A stretch of DNA of 64,000 nt, taken from the IMG/VR virus record IMGVR_UViG_3300044691_000566, positions 64,001 to 128,000 of that record; one strand, given 5' to 3'. The notes under the pieces were generated by a model. The model did not search any database. It was given only the letters and a program-made list of their open reading frames with translations, and was not told the DNA's origin. The position numbers and the translations under genes were made by a program. Shown here one piece after another: positions 55,415 through 64,000 of this stretch. Position 1 is the stretch's first letter, and every line of letters begins with the position of its first letter. The stretch is from a virus.

Positions 55415-57942
55415 TGGCGCAGGGCGAACCGGACAACGGCGTCAACGGCAATCTGGACCTGGGACGGCTCTTCGAGCTGATGATCCGCAGCCAGGAGGCC
55501 CAGACGCGGATCCTCAACGACATGCGGGACTCCGCCCAGCGCAACCTGCACATGGCCCAGACCTTCATGACGTCGCCGGGAGCCGCCCAGCAGGCCCAGC
55601 AGGCCCGTTACGGCATGAACGGCGACCCGCGTGCCGGGCAGACGACTGCCCCGGGCGGCAACAACCGCGTCTGGAACGTCACCTCCCAGGGGGAGGCCGC
55701 CCCGGGGCAGCCGCAGGGGCTGATCGGCACCCCCGTCCAGCCGCCGGGACCTCCGGTGGGGTCCACCACGACGGGGGGCGACGGGGAGGGCCTCACGATG
55801 GCGGGAGCGCCCGCGAGCTTCTCCACGATGAGGACCGAGACCTCCAAGCAGCTCCGCAACTCGGTCCGCAACGCCGCCTTCGGGGTGTGGTCCTCCTCGT
55901 GGCAGGCCGGAGGGGGACGCGGGAACGGCGGTGGCCAGGGCGGGGGAGGGGGCGGCGGTGGCGGCGGCCAGATGGGCCCCGGGCCCTACGGCATGGGTCC
56001 GCAGGGGCTGCCCCCCAACCCGATCTACATTGGCGGCCCCGGCTCCCCCCTGGGCCCCTACGGTCCGTACGGCCCCTACGGTCCTGCCGGACCCGGTGCG
56101 GGCGGCGGCCTCGGCGGTGGCGGCCATGGCGGCGGCCATGGCGGCGGTCACGGCGGTGTCGCGGCCGGAGGAACCTATGGCGGCCTCCAGAGCGGTGGTG
56201 GCGGAGGTGGCGGTGGTCAGGGTGGCCACGGCGGCGGTGGTGGCTCCGGCATCGGCGGCTGGCTGAGTAGGAACGTGCCCTTCGTGGGTCTCGTCACCTC
56301 GGGACTCGCCGAGATGAGGAGCCAGCGGGACAAGAACGCCTATTACCAGAACGTGGAAGGCGGCTCGAACTTCGCCGGTTTCGGCGAGCGTGCGCACGAG
56401 GAGGCGTACGCGGCGTCGACCGGTGCCGTCTTCAGCGGCGACGAGGCCCGGACCGCCTTCAAGGGCGTGACCCGGCTCGGCTTCAACGGCCGGGTCGACC
56501 CCGTCTTCTCCCGTCAGGGCGGCCGTCAGAATGCCCTGGATTTCGCGTATCACGCGAAGACGTCCTACGGCGCCTCGGTCAACGAGTCGCTGAGCACCTT
56601 GGAGAAGGTCTCCCAGAATTCGACGTTGAGCCTCAACGGCCTCAACAAGGCCCTCAAGGACATCTCCGACACGGCGGGCAAGGCGGGCGTCAACGCTCAG
56701 ATGGCCCGTGCGCAGTACATGGCGCTGCTCCAGCAGGGGGTGCAGGCCGGATACGGCGCGGGCGCGGTCCCGACCGCCCAGAACATTCAGATGGGCAAGA
56801 CCAGCCTGGGCCGGTCGTACCAGGACGTCGACCTCAGCGGCCAGATGTCCCAGCAGTACACGTACATGGCGTCCTCCAACATGGGGATGACCTACAACCA
56901 GTACACCGCCATGCAGACCACCAACCCGCTGGCGGCGGCGCAGGGCCGCGCCGGGGAGAACCTGGCGCTGCTGTCCCAGATCTTCTCCCAGGAGGAGATC
57001 AACTGGGTCAAGGACAAGGCCAACTCCCTCGGGGGCAAGCTCGATCCGGACTCCGCGCTGAGCATCGTGCCGGAGTTCCTCCAGAAGTTCCCGAACCACA
57101 ACATCTCGGTCATCCAGCAGCAGCTCTCCGCCTTCGGGATCGTCACCACCAGCGACCCCCAGAAGGCCCTCGCGTACGCCTTCAACCTGATCGGCGGCAA
57201 CAACGGGGACCTGGCCAACGCGCAGAAGACCAGCGCCAGCACGGCCCCCATGTCCGCCTCGGCCGCCAAGGCCGCATCGGCCAACTCCAGCAGCGGTCTG
57301 ATCAAGGGCTTCAGCACCAAGATCGACAACGGCTCCAGCGTCGCGGCACAGATCGGCGGCACCCTCCTGGGCGTGGCCACGGGCGGCCTCGACCGCAGCG
57401 TGGGCAACGACAAGGGCGACAGCTCGGCCATGAAGAGCTACAAGGGCGTCGTCCAGGGCAACAAGGGGCAGCGCAACCCCGTCATCGAAAACCTGCTCCA
57501 GAGCGTCAAGGATCCCGACAAGGCCAAGGTCGTCGTGCACACAGGCGGCGGCCAACGGGTGATGAGCCTGTCCGACGCGATCAAGAGCCACTCCACGGAG
57601 CTGTCCTCCGGCTCGGTGTCCTTCGTCTCCGGCGACGAGACCGGCAAGTCCATCGCGGACATCGTCGGCACCGGCAACGTCAACACCTCGGCCGACTGGA
57701 CCAGCGAGGCGTCGGGATCCTCCGGCAAGACCGGGCAGGCGCTGACCGACTGGCAGAAGACCCACAAGACCGACTCCACGGCCGGGACCGGCTCCGGTAC
57801 CGGCGCCAACGGCCAGGTCGTGGTGGACCTGACCGACGCGGCCAAGCAGCTCCTGAAGATCAGCTCGGCCACCGGCATCGCCGGGGCCAACGGCGAGGGC
57901 GCCCCGCCGCTGAACTCCTACAACTGGAATGCGAGCCGCTGA
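55414..57942 (+). CDS. tape measure-like protein with Gly-rich segment
   Basis: position after chaperone; helical Ala/Gln-rich core. Confidence 0.65.
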   Translation: MAQGEPDNGVNGNLDLGRLFELMIRSQEAQTRILNDMRDSAQRNLHMAQTFMTSPGAAQQAQQARYGMNGDPRAGQTTAPGGNNRVWNVTSQGEAAPGQPQGLIGTPVQPPGPPVGSTTTGGDGEGLTMAGAPASFSTMRTETSKQLRNSVRNAAFGVWSSSWQAGGGRGNGGGQGGGGGGGGGGQMGPGPYGMGPQGLPPNPIYIGGPGSPLGPYGPYGPYGPAGPGAGGGLGGGGHGGGHGGGHGGVAAGGTYGGLQSGGGGGGGGQGGHGGGGGSGIGGWLSRNVPFVGLVTSGLAEMRSQRDKNAYYQNVEGGSNFAGFGERAHEEAYAASTGAVFSGDEARTAFKGVTRLGFNGRVDPVFSRQGGRQNALDFAYHAKTSYGASVNESLSTLEKVSQNSTLSLNGLNKALKDISDTAGKAGVNAQMARAQYMALLQQGVQAGYGAGAVPTAQNIQMGKTSLGRSYQDVDLSGQMSQQYTYMASSNMGMTYNQYTAMQTTNPLAAAQGRAGENLALLSQIFSQEEINWVKDKANSLGGKLDPDSALSIVPEFLQKFPNHNISVIQQQLSAFGIVTTSDPQKALAYAFNLIGGNNGDLANAQKTSASTAPMSASAAKAASANSSSGLIKGFSTKIDNGSSVAAQIGGTLLGVATGGLDRSVGNDKGDSSAMKSYKGVVQGNKGQRNPVIENLLQSVKDPDKAKVVVHTGGGQRVMSLSDAIKSHSTELSSGSVSFVSGDETGKSIADIVGTGNVNTSADWTSEASGSSGKTGQALTDWQKTHKTDSTAGTGSGTGANGQVVVDLTDAAKQLLKISSATGIAGANGEGAPPLNSYNWNASR

Positions 57943-58643
57943 TGGGAGTCGCCTCGATCGGCTTCCCCCGGGGAGCGTCGCGCACGTTCCGGATCGACCC
58001 GGACTCGATCGACTACAACGTCACGGTGCACACGTCGGTGCAGCAGACGGTGGGCGGCCGGGTCATCCAGATCCTGGGCACCTCCATCTCCGACGTCATC
58101 GTGCGGGGCTCCATCGGTGAGTCGCACACCCTCGGCCGGGACACCGACGGCGAGCACAAGGGGACGTCCTGGAAGCTCGCCGTCGACTTCTTCCTGGCCA
58201 TGCAGGGCTTGCAGCAGCTCCAGTCCAGCGGTTCGGCCACGCCCGGTCCCGCCACGAGGTCCGCCTTCCTCCAGCCCCTGACCTTCATCTACGCGCCGAA
58301 GAGCCTGCGCTTCCAGTGCTACATCAAGTCCATCGTGGACGCCGACGGCGACGGAACAGCCGGTGTGGTGCACAAGGTGGGAAGGGCCAACTACCGGTAC
58401 ACCCTGACCCTGTTCCCGGTGCAGGAGGGCTCCACCAACCTGGTGAAGGCGGGGACGTCCAACGGTGTCCTGGACAAGGCCCGAGCCGCTGCAATCGACG
58501 CGTATATCGGACGTATATCGCAGGGTATCGGCTGGAAGTTCACCGCCTACAACGGCGGTTCCACTCCCGATGCCTCGTGGAACTCCGACTTCCAGAAATC
58601 GAACACGACTGTCACTCCGAATTCGACATTGGGGGGGGCATGA
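57942..58643 (+). CDS. putative tube initiator/baseplate protein
   Basis: synteny; FRIDP..I...QQTVGG. Confidence 0.5.
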   Translation: MGVASIGFPRGASRTFRIDPDSIDYNVTVHTSVQQTVGGRVIQILGTSISDVIVRGSIGESHTLGRDTDGEHKGTSWKLAVDFFLAMQGLQQLQSSGSATPGPATRSAFLQPLTFIYAPKSLRFQCYIKSIVDADGDGTAGVVHKVGRANYRYTLTLFPVQEGSTNLVKAGTSNGVLDKARAAAIDAYIGRISQGIGWKFTAYNGGSTPDASWNSDFQKSNTTVTPNSTLGGA

Positions 58644-58858
58644 CCGAGCCCACGCACTGGGGCGCCGACGTACCGATCTCCCTGCCTCAGCCGCTGACCG
58701 CCGACAACCCGGGCATCATCCCCATGGACGGCTTCTGCTTCACCTCCAGCGGGCTGTTCTTCGACCTCTCGGACGCCGACTACCAGCGGATCGCGGTGCC
58801 CGCGTACGCCCCGGCGCAGCCCAAGCACCAGACCATCCGCTACGACGAGGGGCTGTAG
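58640..58858 (+). CDS. small baseplate-region protein
   Basis: ATGA overlap. Confidence 0.45.
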   Translation: MTEPTHWGADVPISLPQPLTADNPGIIPMDGFCFTSSGLFFDLSDADYQRIAVPAYAPAQPKHQTIRYDEGL

Positions 58859-59545
58859 GTGGTCCGGCTCGGGCTCAACACGAGCCTGACCTACCAGTAC
58901 GGGGGCAAGAACTACGCCTTCAGCGTGCGCACCGCCGAGGTCGACTTCGGCTCCCAGATGGTCGCCGACGAGGCGCAGGCCCGCACCCGCAGGGCGTTCT
59001 ACCCGCACACGGTCTCCGCCGTGCCCTTTTCCCTGGTGGTGATCATCAAGGGGTACCGGGAGCGTGTGCAGTTCAGCAACTTCCTCAACGACTTCGTCAG
59101 CCGGACCCTGGACCCGTCCCTGTCGGTGAGCAGCTTCCCGACCATGCGCGTGCAGGTGGCCAGCCGGAACTTCATCCGCTGGGGGATCCCGCTGAGCGGC
59201 CTGGAGTGGGGGGACCACATCGGCTCGATGGTCTGGACGCCCCGGGTGGTGTTCGAGACCCACGTGGACCAGAGCCTGGGGGAGACCGTCAAGGACTACA
59301 AGTGGGTCTCGTACTTCCAGCTCGACGCCTCAGCCGTGCAGGCGTCGCCGCAGATCAAGTACTTCTACCCGAGCGGAGTCCAGCTCTCGGGCAGTCAGGT
59401 GCCGGACGCGGGGGCCTTTGACAAGGTCACCTCGATCCAGGACATTCAGAACATCATCAACGGGGGTACCAGCGGCGGTTCCGACGTCGGGTCCGTGGAC
59501 CCGGTTACCGGGGTCAATCCCATCAACAACGGAATGCCGAGGTAA
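58859..59545 (+). CDS. baseplate-region protein
   Basis: synteny. Confidence 0.5.
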   Translation: MVRLGLNTSLTYQYGGKNYAFSVRTAEVDFGSQMVADEAQARTRRAFYPHTVSAVPFSLVVIIKGYRERVQFSNFLNDFVSRTLDPSLSVSSFPTMRVQVASRNFIRWGIPLSGLEWGDHIGSMVWTPRVVFETHVDQSLGETVKDYKWVSYFQLDASAVQASPQIKYFYPSGVQLSGSQVPDAGAFDKVTSIQDIQNIINGGTSGGSDVGSVDPVTGVNPINNGMPR

Positions 59546-59548
59546 CCG

Positions 59549-62098
59549 GTGGCCTCCTTCCTGTACGCCCCACAATTGCAAGTCCTCATAGAGACCGGTG
59601 GCAACCTCAACCGGGGGAGCACCAAGACCACCGTGCTGGACGTCTCGGACGACCTGGTCGGCGGTCAGATGACGAGGCGGGTCGACGGCGTCTCCGACTT
59701 CTCTTTCACGCTGCTCAACCCCCGCAGGAAGTACGACGAGGTCTTCACGCCGAACGACCGGATCACCGTGCTGATGAAGCGCGTGACCTGGGTCCGGGTG
59801 TTCACCGGGTATCTCAACCGGGTCCCGCTGCTGACCGCGTGGCCGCGCAACGTCACGCTGACGGCCTCGTGCTCCCTCAAGCGTCTCCAGTACTGGTACT
59901 GGGACCCGGAGTCGGCGTTCACCCAGCAGATGATCATGAACGCTCTGTCGGCGGCCTCCGGGACCGGGCAGACGTCCGACGGCGGCATGACCAATGTCGT
60001 CCTGTCGATTCTGAAGAACGTCGTCGGCTGGCCCGAGTCGAAAGCCCACATCGCCAAGATCCCCGACGACTGGTTCAAGGTCGCCTACAAGATCGCCGAA
60101 GCGGTCAACAAGACGGCCGCCGAGAGCGACCAGCTCGCCCAGCAGTTCTTCCAGTCCCTGGGGGGCGCCGGGACGGTGGGAACCAACGGCGGCCAGTCCT
60201 CTTCGGGCTCTCTCACCGGCAACTACGGCGAATTCAACGGGGCCGACCAGAAGACCAACGCGGCCACCATCTACAACACCGGTCGCTCCATGGGCGCCAC
60301 CGACCGGGACAACATCATCGCTCTGATGACGGCCATGCAGGAGTCCACCCTGCACAACCTGACCCACGGCGACCGGGACTCCATCGGCCTGTTCCAGCAG
60401 AGGCCCTCCCAGGGCTGGGGCACCGTGGCGCAGATCCTCGATCCCGTCTACGCCTCCAAGCGCTTCTTCACCGCGCTGTTCAACATCGGCAACCGCGATC
60501 AGATGACCACCTCCCAGGCGGCCCAGGCGGTGCAGCGCTCGGCCTTCCCTCAGGCATATGCCAAGTGGGAGGGTGTCGCGACCCAGATGGTTGCCGACCT
60601 GAAGAAGTCCGGCGGCATCAACCCGATCACCTCCTCCGGGGTCCCGGGCGCCAACGCCATCGGCACCACCTCCAACAAGCAGATCGTCCAGGTCGCCAAG
60701 GACCTGGTGACGACCTACCCGACCATCCCGTACACCGAGAAGTACGGCGGCACCCAGGTATCCATCATCAGCATGAATCCCCCGCCCGGCCTGGACTGCT
60801 CGTCCTTCCAGCAGGCGGTGGTCCTGCGGTCCCTGGGCGGCTTGTACGGCTTCCCCAGGACGTCGGAGACACAACTCCCCGCCTGCCGCGAGATACCCGT
60901 GGACGTGGCCCTCAAGACGCCGGGAGCGCTGCTCTTCAAGGGGTCTCCGCCGTTCCACGTGGAGATGTCCATCGGGGACGGCAAGAACGCGGTGGGGGCC
61001 CACCACACCGGGACGTTCGCCTCGATCGAGGCCACCTCGGCGGCCTACTGGGACCACGGCGGCCTGATCCCCCGGGTGGACTACGGGAAGCTGGGCCAGG
61101 GGGACGGATCGACGGGCGGCGGCCTGACCACCGGCACCCCTGGCTCCAGCGCGGCCAACAGTTCCAGCATCTACACCGATCAGTACAGCAACACGCCCGG
61201 CTACAACCCGAACGACCCCTTCGACCGTCTTTTCGGGGACACCGCCTGGGGAGCCCTGGCCGCCCAGAAGAGCGACCCGGCCTACATCATCAGCCAGTCC
61301 CTGACCGGCGTGAAGAGCCTGCTCAACGACCAGCCGCTGCTGCCCTACCTCAAAAACCTGTTCAGCTCCGGCATGCGGTCGTTCTCCTCGGCCCCCAACG
61401 GGGACCTCATCTCATGGTTCCCGGACTACTACGGCCTGTGGGGGACCGCCGCGACGATGACCCTCCAGCCGATCGAGATCAAGGACTTCTCCGTCGACTG
61501 GGACGACAGTTTCTTCGTCACCCACCAGTTCACCGCGACCACCCCGCAGGGCGGCGCCGGGCAGAACGTGCTGGACCTGTCCACCGGCCAGGTCTCCTCC
61601 CAGGCGAGCGCGGCCCTGGATCCGCTGGTGGTGGCCCAGAGCCTGAGCTACACCCGGGGCATCGCCTCGATCGACATACCGGCCCTGATGTACGCGCTTT
61701 TTAAAATCTCCCCGACGACGGCCCAGGCCGCCAACTTCGCCAAGTTCATCTACCAGCGCTTCGGGGCCCGCCCCGACTTCCAGAGCCTCCCCAACCTGGT
61801 GGGCCCCAGCGCCCAGTTCTTCGCCGCGATCTACTTCTTCATGCGGCAGTGGGCCTACCAGTACAACGCCGATATCCCGCTGACCTTCATGCCCGAGCTG
61901 TTCCCCGGCATGCTGGTCAAGATCCCGGCCTTCTCCTTCCAGGCGTACGTCAACCAGGTCACGCACACCTTCCAGATGGGCGACGGCGGCTACTTCAACA
62001 CCACCATCAACATCTCGGCCCCGGCCAAGCTCAACGACACCGGGGCAGCGGCCAACGTCCTCATCGGCCTGCCCCGTGCGGGCGGACTGCTCGGCTGA
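59549..62098 (+). CDS. baseplate hub with lysozyme-like and NlpC/P60 peptidoglycan hydrolase domains
   Basis: AMQESTL...DSIGLFQQR; GLDCSSF...HVEM. Confidence 0.8.
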   Translation: MASFLYAPQLQVLIETGGNLNRGSTKTTVLDVSDDLVGGQMTRRVDGVSDFSFTLLNPRRKYDEVFTPNDRITVLMKRVTWVRVFTGYLNRVPLLTAWPRNVTLTASCSLKRLQYWYWDPESAFTQQMIMNALSAASGTGQTSDGGMTNVVLSILKNVVGWPESKAHIAKIPDDWFKVAYKIAEAVNKTAAESDQLAQQFFQSLGGAGTVGTNGGQSSSGSLTGNYGEFNGADQKTNAATIYNTGRSMGATDRDNIIALMTAMQESTLHNLTHGDRDSIGLFQQRPSQGWGTVAQILDPVYASKRFFTALFNIGNRDQMTTSQAAQAVQRSAFPQAYAKWEGVATQMVADLKKSGGINPITSSGVPGANAIGTTSNKQIVQVAKDLVTTYPTIPYTEKYGGTQVSIISMNPPPGLDCSSFQQAVVLRSLGGLYGFPRTSETQLPACREIPVDVALKTPGALLFKGSPPFHVEMSIGDGKNAVGAHHTGTFASIEATSAAYWDHGGLIPRVDYGKLGQGDGSTGGGLTTGTPGSSAANSSSIYTDQYSNTPGYNPNDPFDRLFGDTAWGALAAQKSDPAYIISQSLTGVKSLLNDQPLLPYLKNLFSSGMRSFSSAPNGDLISWFPDYYGLWGTAATMTLQPIEIKDFSVDWDDSFFVTHQFTATTPQGGAGQNVLDLSTGQVSSQASAALDPLVVAQSLSYTRGIASIDIPALMYALFKISPTTAQAANFAKFIYQRFGARPDFQSLPNLVGPSAQFFAAIYFFMRQWAYQYNADIPLTFMPELFPGMLVKIPAFSFQAYVNQVTHTFQMGDGGYFNTTINISAPAKLNDTGAAANVLIGLPRAGGLLG

Positions 62099-62109
62099 TC
62101 GGAGAAGGC

Positions 62110-62832
62110 ATGTACCAGTCCGTTCTCGCCAAGCGACAGGGTTCCGGGTCCTCCGCCGTCGGTTTCGCCTTCACCCTGGTCGACGTCAGCGAGGTCCACC
62201 CGGACACGAACATCTGTCTGGTCTCGGACGTGCAGACCGGCGCCTTCACCCAGGTCGGCCTGGACAAGCGCGACTCCATCGCGTGGCCCCAGGTCGGCGA
62301 CCGGTGGATCATCGACCGCTCCCTGGGTCACTGGGCGCTGCGCTGCAAAGTCACCGCGACAGCCCCTCCGGTCATCACCGGATCCCGGAACTCCATCGGC
62401 GCCTCGGCCCAGATGCTCCTGGACGCCCTGGAGGAGTTGGGCCTGGTCAACGACCAGACCACCCCGGCAACGCTGCCGGTCGGCGTCTGGCAGGTGGTGG
62501 GCTCCGGCGCTCCGGTGGCCCCCTTCACCGCCCCTTGGGCCAACTACGACGCGACGACCTACCAAGGGGCCCGCTACATGATCGAGACCAGCGGGATCGT
62601 CCGGGTCGAGGGACTGGCCAAGACCACCGCAGCCGTCAGCGGCGCCTCCGAGATCTTCGTGCTCCCCCCGGGGTTCCGGCCTCTGAAGCACCAGGAGTTC
62701 TGCGTCTTCCGCAACGGCGGCTTCGCCCACCAGTACGAGATCTTCAGCACGGGATCCGTCCAGCTCGCCAACGTGCCCTCCTCCACCACCGTGGGCTACG
62801 TGAACTTGAGCGCCGCGTTCTCCACTCTCTGA
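62110..62832 (+). CDS. putative baseplate spike/fibre protein
   Basis: WPQVGDRW OB-like; IFVLPPGFRP fibre motif. Confidence 0.55.
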   Translation: MYQSVLAKRQGSGSSAVGFAFTLVDVSEVHPDTNICLVSDVQTGAFTQVGLDKRDSIAWPQVGDRWIIDRSLGHWALRCKVTATAPPVITGSRNSIGASAQMLLDALEELGLVNDQTTPATLPVGVWQVVGSGAPVAPFTAPWANYDATTYQGARYMIETSGIVRVEGLAKTTAAVSGASEIFVLPPGFRPLKHQEFCVFRNGGFAHQYEIFSTGSVQLANVPSSTTVGYVNLSAAFSTL

Positions 62833-62870
62833 TGTCACCGCCACCCCCTCCCCGCTGAAGGGGTGAGGAG

Positions 62871-63302
62871 GTGGCCGTGGAGACGTTGGCCCTGTCCGGT
62901 GGCGACCTGGTTGTGGGGCCCGGCGGATTGCAGATGCAGAACGGCACGGCGAAGATCCGCCAGGATCTCGCGCTTGCCCTGGGGGAGGACTACGGTGCCG
63001 ACCCGTACCACTCCGGCTGGGGCTCCGTCCTGGGGCAGTATCTGGGGGAGCCGGTCACCACCGACACCCCCATGCTCGTCCAGGCCGAGGTCAACCGGAT
63101 CCTTCAGCAGTACATGGGCGGGCAGCAGCAGCAGCTCGCGGCAGCAGCGGCGAACAACTACCAGCACACCATCAGCACGGCCGAGATCATCCAGACCGTC
63201 AACTCTGTGGACGTCTCCGTACTGTACGACTCTGTTCGGGTCGTCATCAGCCTGACGACCATGGCAGGCCAGAGCCTGAAGATCTCCCGGACGGTGAGCT
63301 GA
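62871..63302 (+). CDS. baseplate wedge protein (gp25-like)
   Basis: KIRQDL..AL...YHSGWGS; upstream of baseplate J. Confidence 0.65.
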   Translation: MAVETLALSGGDLVVGPGGLQMQNGTAKIRQDLALALGEDYGADPYHSGWGSVLGQYLGEPVTTDTPMLVQAEVNRILQQYMGGQQQQLAAAAANNYQHTISTAEIIQTVNSVDVSVLYDSVRVVISLTTMAGQSLKISRTVS

Positions 63303-64000
63303 GTGGCGACCACCCAAGCAGACATTTTCTCCCAGTTGAAGGCCGCCCTGGCGGCCTCGATGCCGGAGATGGACACCTCCATCGGCACGCCGATGGCCAA
63401 GATCATGGATTCGCTGGCGGCCACCATCGCCGATGCGTACGTGGAGAACCAGCTCCAGACCTACACCTACGACATCGACAGCAAGACCGGCGCGGATCTG
63501 GACGGCTTCTGCCAGCTCTTCGGCATCGCCCGGCTCCCGGCCAAGCGGTCCTCCGGCACCGTGACCTTCACCCGGGGCTCCAGCAACACCGACGCGATCG
63601 TGTTCATCCCGATCAACCTCCAGGTCACCAGCAGCACGGAGACCCCGATCATCTTCCAGACGGTGACCGGCGCGACCATGAACGTCGGGGTCCTCTCCAC
63701 CACGGTGCCCATCCAGGCGGTCAACGCGGGCCCGGCGGGCAACATCGGGCCCAACCTGATCACCAACCTCTCCTCGCCCGTCCAGGGCGTAGCGGCGATC
63801 ACCAACGTCTCGGCCACCTCGGGCGGCCTGGACCAGGAGACCGACACGGCCCTGCGGGCCCGCTGGAAGGCGACCGTGTTCCGCAACATGGCCGGGACCC
63901 AGGACATGTTCCTGGGTATCGCGCTGAACGATGCCGACTGCTTCGCGGCCAACGTCGTCACCGCGACCAAGCCGGTCCGCGAGCAGATCCAGGTGGCCTC
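63303..64000 (+). CDS. baseplate J-like protein (truncated by window end)
   Basis: GADLD..FGIARLPA..SSGTVTF; AGPAGN; GGLDQETD..LR. Confidence 0.8.
   Translation, partial: MATTQADIFSQLKAALAASMPEMDTSIGTPMAKIMDSLAATIADAYVENQLQTYTYDIDSKTGADLDGFCQLFGIARLPAKRSSGTVTFTRGSSNTDAIVFIPINLQVTSSTETPIIFQTVTGATMNVGVLSTTVPIQAVNAGPAGNIGPNLITNLSSPVQGVAAITNVSATSGGLDQETDTALRARWKATVFRNMAGTQDMFLGIALNDADCFAANVVTATKPVREQIQVA

Noticed and set aside
1-64000. tRNA/rRNA genes, terminase, integrase
   Set aside because: No cloverleaf, rRNA-like, terminase ATPase or recombinase motifs recognised; they may lie outside the window.

Overview
High-GC actinobacteriophage segment, probably a large Streptomyces-infecting myovirus with a Bxz1/E3-like gene layout (host and lineage inferred). 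It begins with ~8.5 kb of small accessory genes, including a Thg1-like protein and dCTP deaminase. A + strand virion module follows: head proteins, portal, beta-helix tail spikes, two giant multi-domain proteins, lysis cassette, scaffold, major capsid, neck, sheath, tube, frameshifted chaperone, tape measure and baseplate. Two antisense HNH genes are inserted in it. The most striking element is a family of 15 small non-coding units. Each has a sigma70-type -10 box (TGATAGAGT, or TTGACN-N17-CAGRGT), a run of 7-11 GGY-NN pentamers with constant GGY and variable NN, and a GC-rich hairpin. They form two arrays (37.6-38.2 kb minus, 42.7-43.9 kb plus) plus four orphans. The plus array lies directly upstream of a 192-aa RAMP/Cas7-like gene and a wHTH/coiled-coil gene. 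This looks like a non-CRISPR, RNA-guided phage system whose specificity is held in interspersed dinucleotides. Also found: a TGTC-N21-AAGGGGTGA putative late promoter (14 copies, identical spacing), a recurrent GATTTTAAAATC palindrome, and ART/GNAT/ParB-like cargo domains separated by [KRH]-x-A motifs. All protein assignments come from motif recognition by eye; no searches were run.
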